Origin: Macrostomum lignano
Lineage: Eukaryota
Assembly: GCA_002269645.1 (NCBI GenBank)
Contig: NIVC01000290.1
Span: 84,178 to 148,177 of the forward strand
DNA length: 64,000 nucleotides
Reading direction: 5' to 3'
Shown piece after piece: positions 42,901 to 56,300 of this stretch. Each line of letters begins with the position of its first letter. Position 1 is the stretch's first letter. The notes beneath the pieces are model-generated. The model saw nothing but the letters and a program-made list of their open reading frames with translations. It was not told where the DNA came from and did no database searches. The translations under genes were made by a program, and so were the position numbers.

Positions 42901-45900
42901 CTAATAACACATAGGAAAATTTACAGTCTTTTAGTAAATATCTGCTCAGTTCAACCAGCCCTTTTGATGTCTGTATAGCAGCCTTGCGAGTTTCTGAAGT
43001 AAGCGATCATAAACGTCCAGGTCCTCGACCTCCAGGCATCCGTTCTAATACTTCGGCAAACATACTTAGTAACTTAAGATTGCTTGACTCTTCAGAGAAA
43101 ATTGGACTACGTGTATCATCATGCAGCTGCATATGAGATGTTGTTGATTTTACATTAACCACTTTCCAAAACTTAAGGATAAAATCTATAAAAGTGGCTG
43201 TACCATAAAACCCATGAAGTTGAAGAGCAGCAATTGTCTTTTCATTAAAAACTTGAAGAACTAAAGATACCTTCTGACGTTCCAATGGAGATGGATGGCA
43301 TGATTGTGGACTAAGTGTTGTAGGTCGAACAACATGAAGCTGTGATTTCTGCTCAATATCTATAATATCATTCCAATTAGCTTGACAAATAGGCCCTTCT
43401 GGTAAAAGTTGAAAGTCAATAATCTTTGAGCCTTGAGTATACCAATTATTGCGAATGTTTTTCAATAGATGAACTGTGTCATATAATAGAAACAAAGGTA
43501 GGCTTTGATCTACTGGGTTAATTGCCTTCCAGGGTGCATCCATGTTGTCAAACTGAAACTTCTGGTAGCAGATACGGTTGATGAAATGATTGTCACAAAT
43601 AAGACTTACAACCTGCCCATTGCATTGATGAATAACCCTAATTAGTTTTACAATTTGTTGGAACAAGAAGTTGGGTTTTAAACTATAAACAGGAATCAGC
43701 CTAGCCACAAATGATTGGGCTCCCATGAATGGTTTTATCATTAAGGCTAGGATAGTACGAGCCAATTGTGTTGGTACATCCTCAGCATAGCCAACTGTAT
43801 GTCCACCTCGGAAACGAGCTGATGGTAAAACGTATACTTCATCAAAAATAACAGTACACAACTTCTGTGACGGAGTCAGTTGGCCAAAATGTGTGCTCAC
43901 AATGGTCTTACAATCTAAGTCTGTTCCAACATTACCAAGACCACCAAGATGACGCTTTAGAGTTGTAGCATGCGGTAGAGTCATAAGGTGCCTTGCTGAC
44001 CGATAAGCATTAGTGCCAGATAGGAAGATCTTCATGGCTGTTAAAATGTCTGATGAATTATAATAGTGCCCATTTGATGATAAGGACAATTCCAGTTGAC
44101 GAAGAAGAAACAGTTGCTTGGAGCTACATGGTAACTTTCGAATGGTTGCCACACTAGACTTGATCTCATCACTAATTGTCAATGGGGCCTGTTTGACCCT
44201 ATTGACAATAGCTTCAAGTTGACTAAAGCGTTCTAGTTTCCATTGAAATCCTAGGAGGTCAGTTACCTTGACAACACTGTTCTGTCGATAGGCTTCAACA
44301 GTGAAGTCACTATTAACACAGATATAGAATTCAACTGCACGTTCAAATATGGTCAAGAACAAAACATTCGAATCCGAAACTTGCACAAGCCAGCCAACTA
44401 AGAAGGGAAGAGCTAAAGCAGCAACTTGGAAAGCATTCCACGAACAGATTCGATCGGCTTTGTTAAATGCAGGCATTTGATCTGGTTCTTGACCACGCTG
44501 TGACAGGGAAATGCCTCTTTTAACAGCCTGCCTTGACTTCTCTAAAAATATTTTTGAATTACAAACAACAACACATTATAAAAGGCAATCCAACTTTACC
44601 TGAGCTATAGGTTATATAACATGCTATATGATAGGGCATATTGTTAACTTACTTGGATATGTTTGGCGCATATCACTTTTCTTAGCAAATTGAAAAATAG
44701 AAGGTGGGTCCTAGGTCTTGTGAACCGCTTGACTTTTACCATGGGGGCATCATCTTCCCAATGCTTTCGGCAAATGCCCATGAACTTAGAGACATTCTAC
44801 AATTTATATATAAACTTTAGAAAGTTAATTATTTTTACTATACATTTTAATTATTCAAAAATTATATTGATCTCAATTATTTACTTTTAAAGAATAAAGT
44901 AACTCATTAAAAGGTCATTTTATTCACCTTAATAGACGATGGCAATGCATTAATCCATCGGCAATGCTCAGCCTCATCTTTAGGAAAGCCAAATATAGCT
45001 ACCTTCTCTTCATTGCGATAGTTACTTCTACAAGATGGTATGCAACATTTCATGGGCATGGTTTGATAATTTTTTGTGAGTACACTGAAATTGTTAGATT
45101 TAAAAACCAAAAAATTGAAACATTTCAGTTATCTCACTTTACATTTTAAAATATTAGACCCAAAACATAAACTATGAAAAAACAAATGAAAGCCAAAAAG
45201 GGTTTTAATAAGTGAATAACTGTGTATTATATTAATGCACAGATTTGAAAGTGAACACAAACTGGTAATAAAAGAAAAACAAATAAAAAAGTAGCAGAAA
45301 TATTTTTTCTTCTAAAAAAACACCAATATTAATAAATAAAGGCCTTTTAAAAAATTGTACCTAACACAATTGAAAAGCTGCTATTTGACATTAAAAATAG
45401 GTGCTGCAAATGTCTTCAAGACAGTAATACATTACAATATTATTACACTGATAAAAATTGGAAAAAATAGTGTTTTCAACACAAAAATAAATAGGCCTAA
45501 AGAAATTGAAAAGCCAGTATAATAAACTTTAGCCTTGTTGTTTCTAGTGGGAAACCAACTTTTAATATGCTAAAATATGTCTGCTACAAAAGGACAAAAG
45601 AATAAAAAGCATAGGTTAGTTAGCTAAAGCAACATCTTATTGGTTGGATACATTAAAAACAAATAAACTATCATTTAACTTGTCTGATACTAACATCAAG
45701 CATGAGTACATGAATTAGTCCTAGTCTTCAGTAATAATAATAATAGGCCTAATAATAATATTAATAATAATAATAACTAGGCCTAATAATCATGGTAGGC
45801 CTAGGCATAGGCCTAGTAGCTGTTGGAGTTTCAGTATGATAGGCCTAATGTCATATGATAGCCTGTCATAGCTAGCTAAAGTGTAAAGGCTAAGCTTATA

Positions 45901-46328
45901 AGTTATAAAATAATATAGACCTACTGGTTAAATTACTTTCTGGTTGATAGTAAGTTAGTTAGAAGCCCTTCTGATCCTTTGACCTTTTCTCAAGCTTTGT
46001 TGAATTCTCAGTACTATGACTAGCAGTATCTGCTGTCTGCATAAAACCATAGGGGGCCTAGGAAATATTAAAACGAGTTGCATTTAATGATATAATTACT
46101 CAAAATATCTAGATTACAGCCTAAATAAACTATAAATACACATATTATATGAAGCTTCTGAGGCTCAAATGTAGTGTATGCTTCTTTAAAACAGTCGACT
46201 TAAGTCGAGTAGATGCTTTTTTGAAGGCAAGTACCGATAAATACACGTAAACAAGCGGGCCTTCAAATAATTTTACAATATTTACGAGTGTTGCGTCCTG
46301 ATACAACGGTAACTTCTAGTGGTCCTTG
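39928..46328 (-). mobile_element. Full-length P-superfamily (THAP9-like) DNA transposon, 6401 bp
   Basis: 80-bp TIRs (CAAGGACCACTAGAAG...GCTTGTTT, 1 mismatch). Perfect 8-bp TSD CATACAAT at 39920-39927 and 46329-46336. Internal THAP-transposase. Confidence 0.93.
42133..45059 (-). pseudogene. THAP-domain P-element transposase, 4 exons (44928-45059, 44653-44796, 42901-44541, 42133-42797), disrupted
   Basis: THAP C2CH (CCIPSC..FGFP..W..ICRKHW..PPSIF). Catalytic motifs IFDE, CDN, YDTVHLLKNIRNNW and QSDRLEGEFSIYRQ. Lesions: frameshift near 44712, TGA at 43007-43009, extra A near 42925-42930. Confidence 0.88.
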
Positions 46329-48356
46329 CATACAATTTTAAGTTCTAGTCAAGAAAAAAGAAATCAAGGCACTAATATAATGGTTCTGTTTAAAAAAACA
46401 TGTTTTGGGCTATATAAAAGACACTATTTCATTATATTTTGGCAATTGCAAAAAACAACAAACATTGTATTACTCTGGGCATACATGGGTGATAATATTA
46501 GAAGTCAAATTTTGTGCATATAATTAACTTTTCTAACTAAAAATATAATGAAAATCAAAGGACCAAAACTTTTACTTTATACAAGCTCCAAAAACATACT
46601 GTAATAATTTTCTTTTTTTCCTAGCCCAGTGTTACACCTTCAAAAAATACCTATATGGCATAGTTGTTGACATACAAAAGACCAAAATGTTATAATGCAA
46701 GAAGGGTCCTATATTATTGCAATAAAAAAAGGACTTCAATTAGGCCCTATGTTCTTATTCAATTATGTCCAATGTATAGGCCTAGCCCTATATCACAAGT
46801 AAATTTGTTTTTCTAATATAAATTTGAATTTATGGCATACAGACACAGTGTACACTTATTTTTTCTAGCATACCATGTGTTAGACTTAAGTGTGATAATA
46901 AACCACAATATTATTATTAGATAATTAGGTCATTGTCATTACTAACCATAGTCCATATACTAGACTATAGCTATAGTAATATATAAGCCCCTGGCTATCT
47001 TGTGTTGATGTACTAGGCCTATAATAGGCCTAGTTTTAGTTTATAAAATGCCTAATGTATAGACATTAGAACATTTCAAAAAGTAGGGGGCAGATATCAT
47101 TGATGCTCCTGCCCCTTCTTACTTTAAAAGTGGCGCAGTGGGGGCATGCCCCCTCCCCTCATTCTTCTGATACCTAAAATTGATTAGTATAACAATTTTA
47201 CTAATTAAATTAGCACTCTTTTGGGAGAAACATATATCGAAACTTGCTCAGCCCCCCATTCCGACGCCTATGGGCTGATAGGCCTATTCCGAGTTTTGAC
47301 TGGCTGGACTTAATCGATTGAGGAAATAAGATTAAGCATGAAAGGGATTGATGGCAATAGCCAAAACCAATAGGACGGCAGGTCAGACAACGAGACAGGG
47401 TCTATTTTTTAGTATTAGATGTATTAACAATTAAAAAACTAGACGAGATTAAGACTTCACTCGACTCAGACATCAGACTTCACAGCAGAGTCACACGCAC
47501 TCCAAAACACACGCTCGAGAGGAGGTCCACGTACGTCGAAACGAGCAGCGTCGTGCAGTTCAAATTTACTGAATTGCAACTTTCAATTTGCTCAAAGTAA
47601 ATATCAAAATGTACGGTAAAACAATAGCATCAAGGCCATTTTATATTTGTAAAGTACTAACAAACTAATTTTTTTGTTATTTTTTTTAATATTTTCTTAT
47701 ATTCCTTTAAAAATCATAAAAGTGCTGCTATTCAATCCCCCTTGTTAAAGGACTTTTTTAAAATATTTTTTTTCTTAGAATCGATCGGTTTAACCACGAT
47801 GACTGAGAGAACTTCCTGAAAAAATTACAGTTTGTCTTCTTTGTTGATTTTTCTATGTAATGAATATAGTTTTTTGCTAGCTTGTAAAGGAAAAGTTTAA
47901 GAAGTTTCGTTTTTTGCTTTGGCTGTTGCCTGCTTTAAATTTATATATATAATATATTGAAATTTAATTGATAGAATTTTGATAGAATCACAAAAGCAAC
48001 TTGTCACCGAAACGACTATTTGTCATCGAAACGTCTGTCACCGAAACGACTTGTCACCGAAACGACTGGTACCCATTGGAATGAGTCTAGCCAAAATCAC
48101 ACTTTCAGCCAGGATTCACGTCAGAGAGGACAGAGACATAAATCCATCTCCGATGGTAGCGATGGAAGCAAAATGCAAAGGCAAAAAAATCCCCCCCTTT
48201 AGAGGGAACGCATCTGGGACTCTGGATGTCCCCAGTGTCCCTCTTGGCTGCACACTATGAATCACACCTCTATAACAGCCAAGGCGAATACTTTCATAAA
48301 TATTGTACTTTATTCCTTGTTTATAACACCTGTATATTTGTTCTTTAGAAAGCCAA

Positions 48357-50785
48357 CTAGCAATCTAGCGCCCCCCTTCGGGGTGGCCAATAAGCAAGGG
48401 ACGAATCCTTTAAAATGAAAAGAATTCTTAGGGAGGGGGCTAGGAATCGAATTCTCATTTTAATTCCGGCCCTGGGCTTATGTACCAATAAAACATGCTT
48501 GTGTAGAATTAAAAAAACTGACAATTCAACCTACTTGCCTTCTTTCAGAGCAATAGCGTACTACTTCTGTTGCGGTGCAAGCATTACGCTCTGCAACGGC
48601 TGGAAAAGCAACTACAGCTAAAAAATTTTGTTTCCCAAAGGCCAAAGGCAACAGTTGCCTATCATGTAGGGAGTCACTGGCGTTGCACCAATTTTAATGA
48701 TGTCTGCTCTTAACTGTTTTAACGGTTACATACAAACATTGTGTCGACAATGTTATTGTATTTGGAGCCAGTGTGGTTATTTGATAGTGGATATTGCCTA
48801 GTACAATGACGTATAATTAATTGGTTTGACTTGCTAAAAGTATTGTTTCCGTAATTTAGATTTTGTAATTTTGTACTTTTAAAATTGCAAATCAAATACC
48901 AATATTTTCCCACAGCCTAATTTCCTTTTAGCTACAGTTCTTTTTTGCAGTTTTCATGTGCTCCTAACCCTTTTAATCTTTATTCTCTCATACGGTAATT
49001 AAAACGAAATTTTATTTTAAGTCACTCGCCACTCAACTCTAGTAAGTTATTTTACGACTTTTGTTTGACCCATTTTGCAAATCATGCATACAACTTTGAA
49101 ATACATGGATTCACAGCTCTGGTTAACTGATGCAATATATCTGTGCGACTCCTACACTAAATTCTTCATCGACATATTCAACTCCACTTGATTAATTCCT
49201 TAACTGCGAAACAAGTGTGTGATTAATGTATAGATTTTTAACGTAATAAAAACGAACCTGTGCTTGGGCCGCTTTCACTCTCATTACCCCAGATAATAGG
49301 GAATAGGGGGCATAAGCCAGTGTACTTAGCATGTACTGCGCTTTGGAAAAAATTCGACATCGTTGGCGCCCCAGTAAAGAGGCTTGTTAAAAAATTCTCA
49401 ACCAAACTTTTCTAGCTGCCTGACAAGACTGTACTATCATATACGCCTACCCATTCCCCCAGGGGGACACACCAGTGTACTTAGCAACGTACAGTGTCGG
49501 AATAACTTCTTCATTTGCGCCCCAGCCGGTGGAGAGGGGCGCAGTCAGTCATTAGCGGAAACAAGTACAACAAAGTACCATATATACTACGCTCATAACT
49601 ACATATACTTAAAGTACATGTAAAACACTGCAACCTGCTGCTACCATATTGATCACACACCCAGACCTGTACATTTGAAGCAATCTAACTAACAAAAAAT
49701 CAGAATGGCTGACAATAAATATTTAAGTATATAAAATTTTCATTCTTCTTGACAGTCACAAATTAGAGAGCAGTCTTTCATTAATTAGTACTCAATAATC
49801 CTTTCCTCTGCGTATTCAGACGAAAACAAGAAAAACTCTGCACTGTAATGTTAATAGCAAATTTAAAAACGCAATCAAATGCAAGTAGTCATTTTATTTA
49901 CTCCGTATATTTACAATTGCAAAGTCATAAAAGGATAAGAACTAAGATGTTTTTGCAGAAGGCTTCGCCAACAAGATGGTACCATAGCACAAATTCTGTT
50001 ACGAATTTTTCATTGGTGTCAATCTTTCCACTTGTTGGCTTGCTTTAGTCTGCACAGCTGGACAGAGACATTCACTTGGGGCATGTAAATTTCAGGCATT
50101 ACTAATGAGCATGTAAGAATAGTTTGCAACCCTCCTCTTTTTGCAACCAGGCTTAGGACTGGCTTCGGCAGAGTTAAAGCCATCACAACAGACTATCTGG
50201 GGTTTGCAAAGGCTGCTTCAAACCCCCTCTGGCTGCATTTGCATGCACGAGGGCCATTCCAAAAGTTCATGCAATCAGAAAATTTCTCCCACCACAAAAA
50301 GCTGCCAATTTGAGCTTCTCTCACCGCACTATTAGACTCTCTGGCCGAACCCCTCAGCAGAATATGGACAGGATTCTTACTGAACTATCAAGACTGTCTC
50401 TGGCTCAACCCCTCAATCAGAAAATGAATCAGAATTTAATTTAAATCAAGTCTAGTGCTACGCTTCCACACTGCATTTTCAATTCAAGTCGGAGTTACAA
50501 TTCAGTTATGATGCAATCTATTTTAGAATCAGAATTCAACCAGTCAGTTTGTTCTCTAGCATTCTTACAATGCATTTCAAGTCGAAAAGTTTGCTTGACC
50601 TTTGCAAAAAAGCATGTTTTTCAAATATTTAATGCCTTTAGCATCGAGCAATTTCTTAGCCACGATGCATGTACCGTCACGGGAAAATTTCTGATCGAAC
50701 AGTGCAAGTTCGAACAAAATCGGTCCAGCCATTTTTTCTCTAATCGATCACATAGACACAGACAGACCATTTTTAGTATATTGGA
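48357..50785 (-). mobile_element. Non-autonomous Helitron (about 2.4 kb)
   Basis: Minus-strand 5' end TCCAATATACTAAAAATGG at 50785. 3' hairpin CACCCC-GAA-GGGGGG followed by GATTGCTAG ending at 48357, then T. Its 5' about 350 bp is homologous to 60540-60906. Confidence 0.75.
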
Positions 50786-50929
50786 CTAGCAATCTTCGCC
50801 CCCCGTTGGGGGACATCTGTATAGAATCTCTGTTCTCTACAAGTAACAAAAAGACAGCCAAATAAAGCCTTCACAAAGACAACAGACAAACTGCTCAAAT
50901 AAAGTGTAATGCAAAAAGAAATCATCCCA

Positions 50930-52190
50930 AGACAGCAAGCATCCCCCAGATAGCAAGCATCCCCCAAATAGCAAGCATCCCCCAGATAGCAAGCATCCCC
51001 CAGATAGCAAGCATCCCCAAATAGTAAGCATCCACCAGACAATAAGTAGCTAGTGCCACAATTTCCTTAGCTCTATAGTGGCTCCTTTAAAATTGGCATG
51101 ACGCTTACTTTTACGTTTGAAATTGTGTATCTTTTATGTTTGACATGGTGGCTCTTTTATGTTTGACATGGTGGCTCTTTTATGTTTGACATAGTGGCTC
51201 TTTAGTGTTTGACATGATGGCTCTTTAATGTTCGACATGGTGGCTCTTTAATGTTTGACATGGTGGCTCTTTAATGTTCGACATGGTGGCTCTTTAATGT
51301 TAGACATGGTGGCTCTTTAATTTTTGACATGGTGGCTATTTAATGTTTGACATGGAGTCACATATATGTTGGACATGGTGGCTCTTTTATGATTGACATG
51401 GTGGCTCTTTAATGTTTGACCTGGTGGCACCTCAATGTAATGATGGCTCTTTAATGTTTGAAATGGTGGCTCTTTAATGTTCGACATGGTGGCTCTATAA
51501 TCTTCGACATGGTGGCTCTTTAATGTTCGATATGGTGGCTCTTTAATGTTAGACATGGTGGCTCTTTAATGCTCGACATGGTGGTCCTTTTATGCTTCAC
51601 ATGGTGGCTCTTAAATGTTTGACATGTTGGTCCTTTTATGTTTGACATGGTGGCTCTTTAATGTTTGACATGGTGGCTCTTTTATGTTTGACATAATGGC
51701 TCTTTAATGTTCTACATGGTGGCTTTTTTATTTTTGACATGGTGGCTCTTTTTTAATGTTTGGCATGGTGGCTCTTTAATGTTCGACATGGTGGCTCTTT
51801 AATGTTAGACATGGTGGCTCTTTAATTTTTGACATGGTGGCTATTTAATGTTTGACATGGAGTCACATATATGTTGGACATGGTGGCTCTTTTATGATTG
51901 ACATGGTGGCTCTTTAATGTTTGACCTGGTGGCACCTCAATGTAATGATGGCTCTTTAATGTTTGAAATGGTGGCTCTTGTTCGACATGGTGGCTCTATA
52001 ATCTTCGACATGGTGGCTCTTTAATGTTCGATATGGTGGTCCTTTTATGCTTGACATTGTGGCTCTTTAATGTTTGACATGTTGGTCCTATTATGTTTGA
52101 CATGGTGGCTCTTTAATGTTTGGCATGGTGGCTCTTTAATGTTTGACATGGTGGCTCTTTAATGTTAGACATGGTGGCTCTTTAATTTTT
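50930..52190. repeat. Helitron-internal satellites: 18-bp (TAGCAAGCATCCCCCAGA, 50930-51040) and 23-bp (CATGGTGGCTCTTTAATGTTTGA, 51130-52190)
   Basis: Directly visible. The same two arrays recur at 61085-63770. Confidence 0.92.
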
Positions 52191-53339
52191 AACGTTTGTT
52201 AAACGTTTTGTTAAACGTTTTTGACGTTTGTAACGCAAGAATTTTTTGTATTTTTTCGCGAATAAACTTGAAAAGTACAAAGTTAAAACTTATGAACATG
52301 GCATTAAAAGTACAACCGATATGTCACGTATACATAGCGTGTGCAATGGCTGCATGTGACCAGATGAGTTCCTTTAATACTCTACGTTAGTCTATAGTCG
52401 CAGCCCTCGGATTCGCTCATTCCTGCCCTCAAATCCATAGTCAGAACAATCAGTTCGGCTCTATTTCCTTAGCCTTTGCGCTTTGCCACAGACTATTCAT
52501 ATTTGTTTCGCCAAAGATTAAGAAATGAAGTAAGACAAAAGCTTCATTCAGGGCCTTCGCCTTAGTTAAAATTGACATCTTGTGAGTTTCGTATATTATT
52601 CAACTTTCAATATATGGAAGACGAAGGCCCCGTCGCAAGTTGATGCAAATCGTTTTTTATGAGCTTACAGTCCACAGTTGTCACAGGTGACTTGATCGAG
52701 ATATTTTTGATTTTTGAAAAAAAGACTGTCACTCGTAGTTTGCGTAAAAATCCATATACTAAAATTCACTCTAATGTTAAGTTTTTGCGAACCTTGGAAA
52801 ACTAAAAACAAAATTGTTTCGTCTTTTGCATAAATTTGCGATATAAAATAAGTAAAGTTTTTACACGAATTATAATGAAATTTCAGGTGAAAAATAAAAG
52901 ACAAAATTAACTGCTCATCAAAGATTGAATTCATTAAAAGCAGTGCAAAAGAAGGTTTGTTTCAAAAGTTACTTTCGGCTAATATGAAATTGCCTTAAAA
53001 TACAAATTAACTGTAAAGTGCAAATTGACTGTAAAAATTAATACAATGAATAAAATAAGCCTAATTGAGCTTCAACATAAAGTTCATCAGCTATTAGCTC
53101 GTACTCACTGCCATGCAATATCTACGCTTCGTTAGAAATGAGGTTGGGGCAATAAGTTTCCTGCGATTCTTTTAGGAATGAGAGCTATTGACAGCTATTG
53201 CTTTAGAGAATGAGAGCTATTACTTAAGAGATATGGGGAAATAATTATTCTATTTTTCCTTAAAAATAAATGAATATACTTTCTAGCCTTTTGCATAAGG
53301 AAAATTATTGCTCACCCCTCATTTTTTACGATAAATAAA

Positions 53340-56300
53340 TTAGTCTTCAGTGAGAACTTCTGGAAACACAACGTTTCTGGTCCTTGTTCCCGGAATCCGG
53401 ACGCGAACATTTGCCGCGTTCTTTGCTCGTGACAGCGCCGTGTACAGCTGGCCATGCGTGAAGCAACCGACTGACAGGTCAATGCCAACTGTGTCCAGAA
53501 ACTGTCCCTGCGACTTGTGAATCGTCAGGCAGAAACTCGGCTTCACAGGGAACTGCAGCCGCTTAAAACTGACGGGGAGGTCCGCATTGCTAGGAATCAG
53601 CGGGATTCGCGGCAGAAGAATCTCGTCTCCCGTGAACTGGCCGGCGGCAATCTTGCATCTAAGCACGTTCTCGCCCATTGCGAGTATGATGAGCCGCGTA
53701 CCATTGCACAATCGTGGCGGGTTGATGTTCCTGAGAAGAACTACTGGCATACCCACTTTTAGCCTCAGCAAGTGAATCGGAAAGTTCGGGGCATCCAGCT
53801 GGTTGAGCAACTCAGGCGGGAAGTGCGTAGCGGCATCCTCATCGGCCACACTGTCTATTGAGCGGTACTCCCGCAGGCTGCCGGGGAACATGCCCAGGCA
53901 CGTCTCGTTGATGGCATCCACTGAGTCATTGTACGGCGCCAGGATCGCTCGGCTTGCAAAGTAGCCGTCCCTCTCCACTGACGCCTCAAACGATGGGTAC
54001 ACAAAATTTATCAGATCATTGAGCGGCGCCTCCGCAGAAATGATGATCTCAGCAGGAAGAGACACTTTCTCCTCTGCATCCTGGTCAATTGTTCCGGATC
54101 CGATCTGGGGGAGTTAAAAGTCAAATATTTAAAACGCTAGACAGACTTTAAGCTAGGCATTCTTGAATAAGCCACAATTTTTAAAATGGAGCTCTCAACA
54201 CGAAAGAAACCGAATATCCTTAAATCTTCCAATAAATAAACTGATGAAAACAAACTTACCTGCTTGAGTAGCTCGGTGTATCTCAAATACGTTGCAGAAT
54301 CGGAACTGCTCAGCAATCGGATGTTTCTTGTAAGGCGATGCCGCCGGAAAAATTTCCACAGTGGGGATCTGCTGACACACGCCATGACGCTGTTGGCTCG
54401 AGTCCCATGCACCACAACGGGCAGCAGCTGGCGAAAGTCCCCAGCGCAAACGAAAACCACTCCGCCGAATGGCACGTCCTGCTTCCGCACGTCTCGCAAG
54501 CACCGGTCGACGGCCTCCAAATCCTTCCGGTTTGTCATAGAAATCTCGTCCCAGACAATTAGACGCACTGTCCGAAATACAGCGGCCTGTTTGGACTGCG
54601 CTCCAACAGCGCACACGTCTTTGCTCGAACGGATCGCCCGAATTGGTATCTTGAACCTGGCATAGACAAATAGTTTCACCATGCCTAACATATTTACAGC
54701 ACACGAAATATTTACAACTGCTTTTTGAAATATTGACAATAAATTACTCACGTTGAATGCGCCGTCTGTCCACCTGGCAAAAGAGTCGCTGCGATTCCAG
54801 AAGCCGCAACGGCGAGGGCGACTTCACCCCGGCTGCGCACGAAGGCTAGCAGAACCTCTAGCAGGAAGGTCTTGCCAGTGCCAGCAGGTGCGTCCAGGAA
54901 GTGCAAGCCGCTGGTGCCGTCCACAAGATTCTGAGTCACGGACTCGTACACCGCTTTCTGCTCATCTGTCAGCATTGGTAAGCGCGCCTCAGTAATCAGT
55001 GCTTGCTCAACCGTATCAAACTGCATTGGTCCATCTTGAGGTGTCACGGAGGCCGCAGGCAGGCCGTACTCTGGCAGGCTTCTCCCGCCCATGGAGATCA
55101 GCATGCTCTGAAGCTCACGCAGCGCCAGGTCAGTAATCTCCTCGGTGCTCAAGTCTCGGTGGTGGAACCGCAGGTCCTCGCTGAGATCCTCGGCAAAACT
55201 GCACCAGAGGTCGCTGCCATCCTCAGGCTCACCCATATGAGAATTACGGCCAGAAGATGTCTCAGGGCTCTTGGCATTCTTGACTGAACGGCCTCAGCTA
55301 GACACCGCCGCCAGTGATCATCTCGCTGCAGCAGGCCAAGGGCCATGCAAGCAGCCTTGGCGCTCGGATGCACAACGCCGTCCACGGTCTGCAGCGCCTC
55401 GAAGCTAGTCGGTCCCCTAACATTCAAAAGGAGCATTCGAACATAAAATAAATCACCTGCTCTTGGACTCACCGTGTACATGCGTGCAACGTTTTTGTTC
55501 CGCACTACACCCGGATGGCCATCGACTCGCACACCCTGCTTGGCCCGCCGCCACTCTCTTTCGCTGGAGAGCCACACAAAGTAGGACGGCACCTCCGTGT
55601 AGAGCAAGGACCCAGCAAATTCGTCAATACGGCACAGCTTGAAAAATGCCGTCAACGTCGAATCCTTCGGCGTTCTCGCTTTTGCTCTTGCGGTCCCCTC
55701 GTTGAAATACACGAGCTGCTCTTCCGACTTGTGAACGCAGAGTCGGATGACCGCCGGAAACCTGTTGTGCACCTGATCAGAAAGTGGAAGGAAAATATAC
55801 AGCCTTTAAGTTTCGATGGAAATTCAATTTATACTATGACGAGGTTTCACAGCTCTGGTTAAAATGAGCCAATAATAATTAGAATGCGAATTACTTCAAA
55901 GCCCAAGATGGTATTCACGGCTTCCATTGGACCAATGTAGCGCGCGGACAGGTACTCTTTAATCTCATCACGCGGCTTATTTCCTGTCGTTTGCGTCGGC
56001 TGCTGGTCACCCACTGCCTGCTCTCTCGGTTCAGTAGAATTCCTATTGGCATCGACTTTGAACGTCGCCATGTCGCCACCCTTTAACAGGTACTTGATCA
56101 CGTACTTGACCGACTTCACAGTGGCGCAAACTTCGACGTTCAAGTGGCACGCAAACTGGAGCAACAGGTCAGGGCTGTACGGAACGACCCACCTGTTTTA
56201 ATGAAAAAATAATATCATTAACTTTCAGAAACAAAAGCTGCAATGCACAACTAAGCAATATATTAGCGTTTGAACTTCCCTGTTGTCCATGCGAATGCTC

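Noticed and set aside
47240-47272. TIR-like end (reverse complement CATAGGCGTCGGAATGGGGGGCTGAG)
   Set aside because: No partner end or TSD was found in the window.
47995-48075. GTCACCGAAACGAC sub-repeats resembling a transposon terminus
   Set aside because: A solitary fragment that cannot be classified without a library search.
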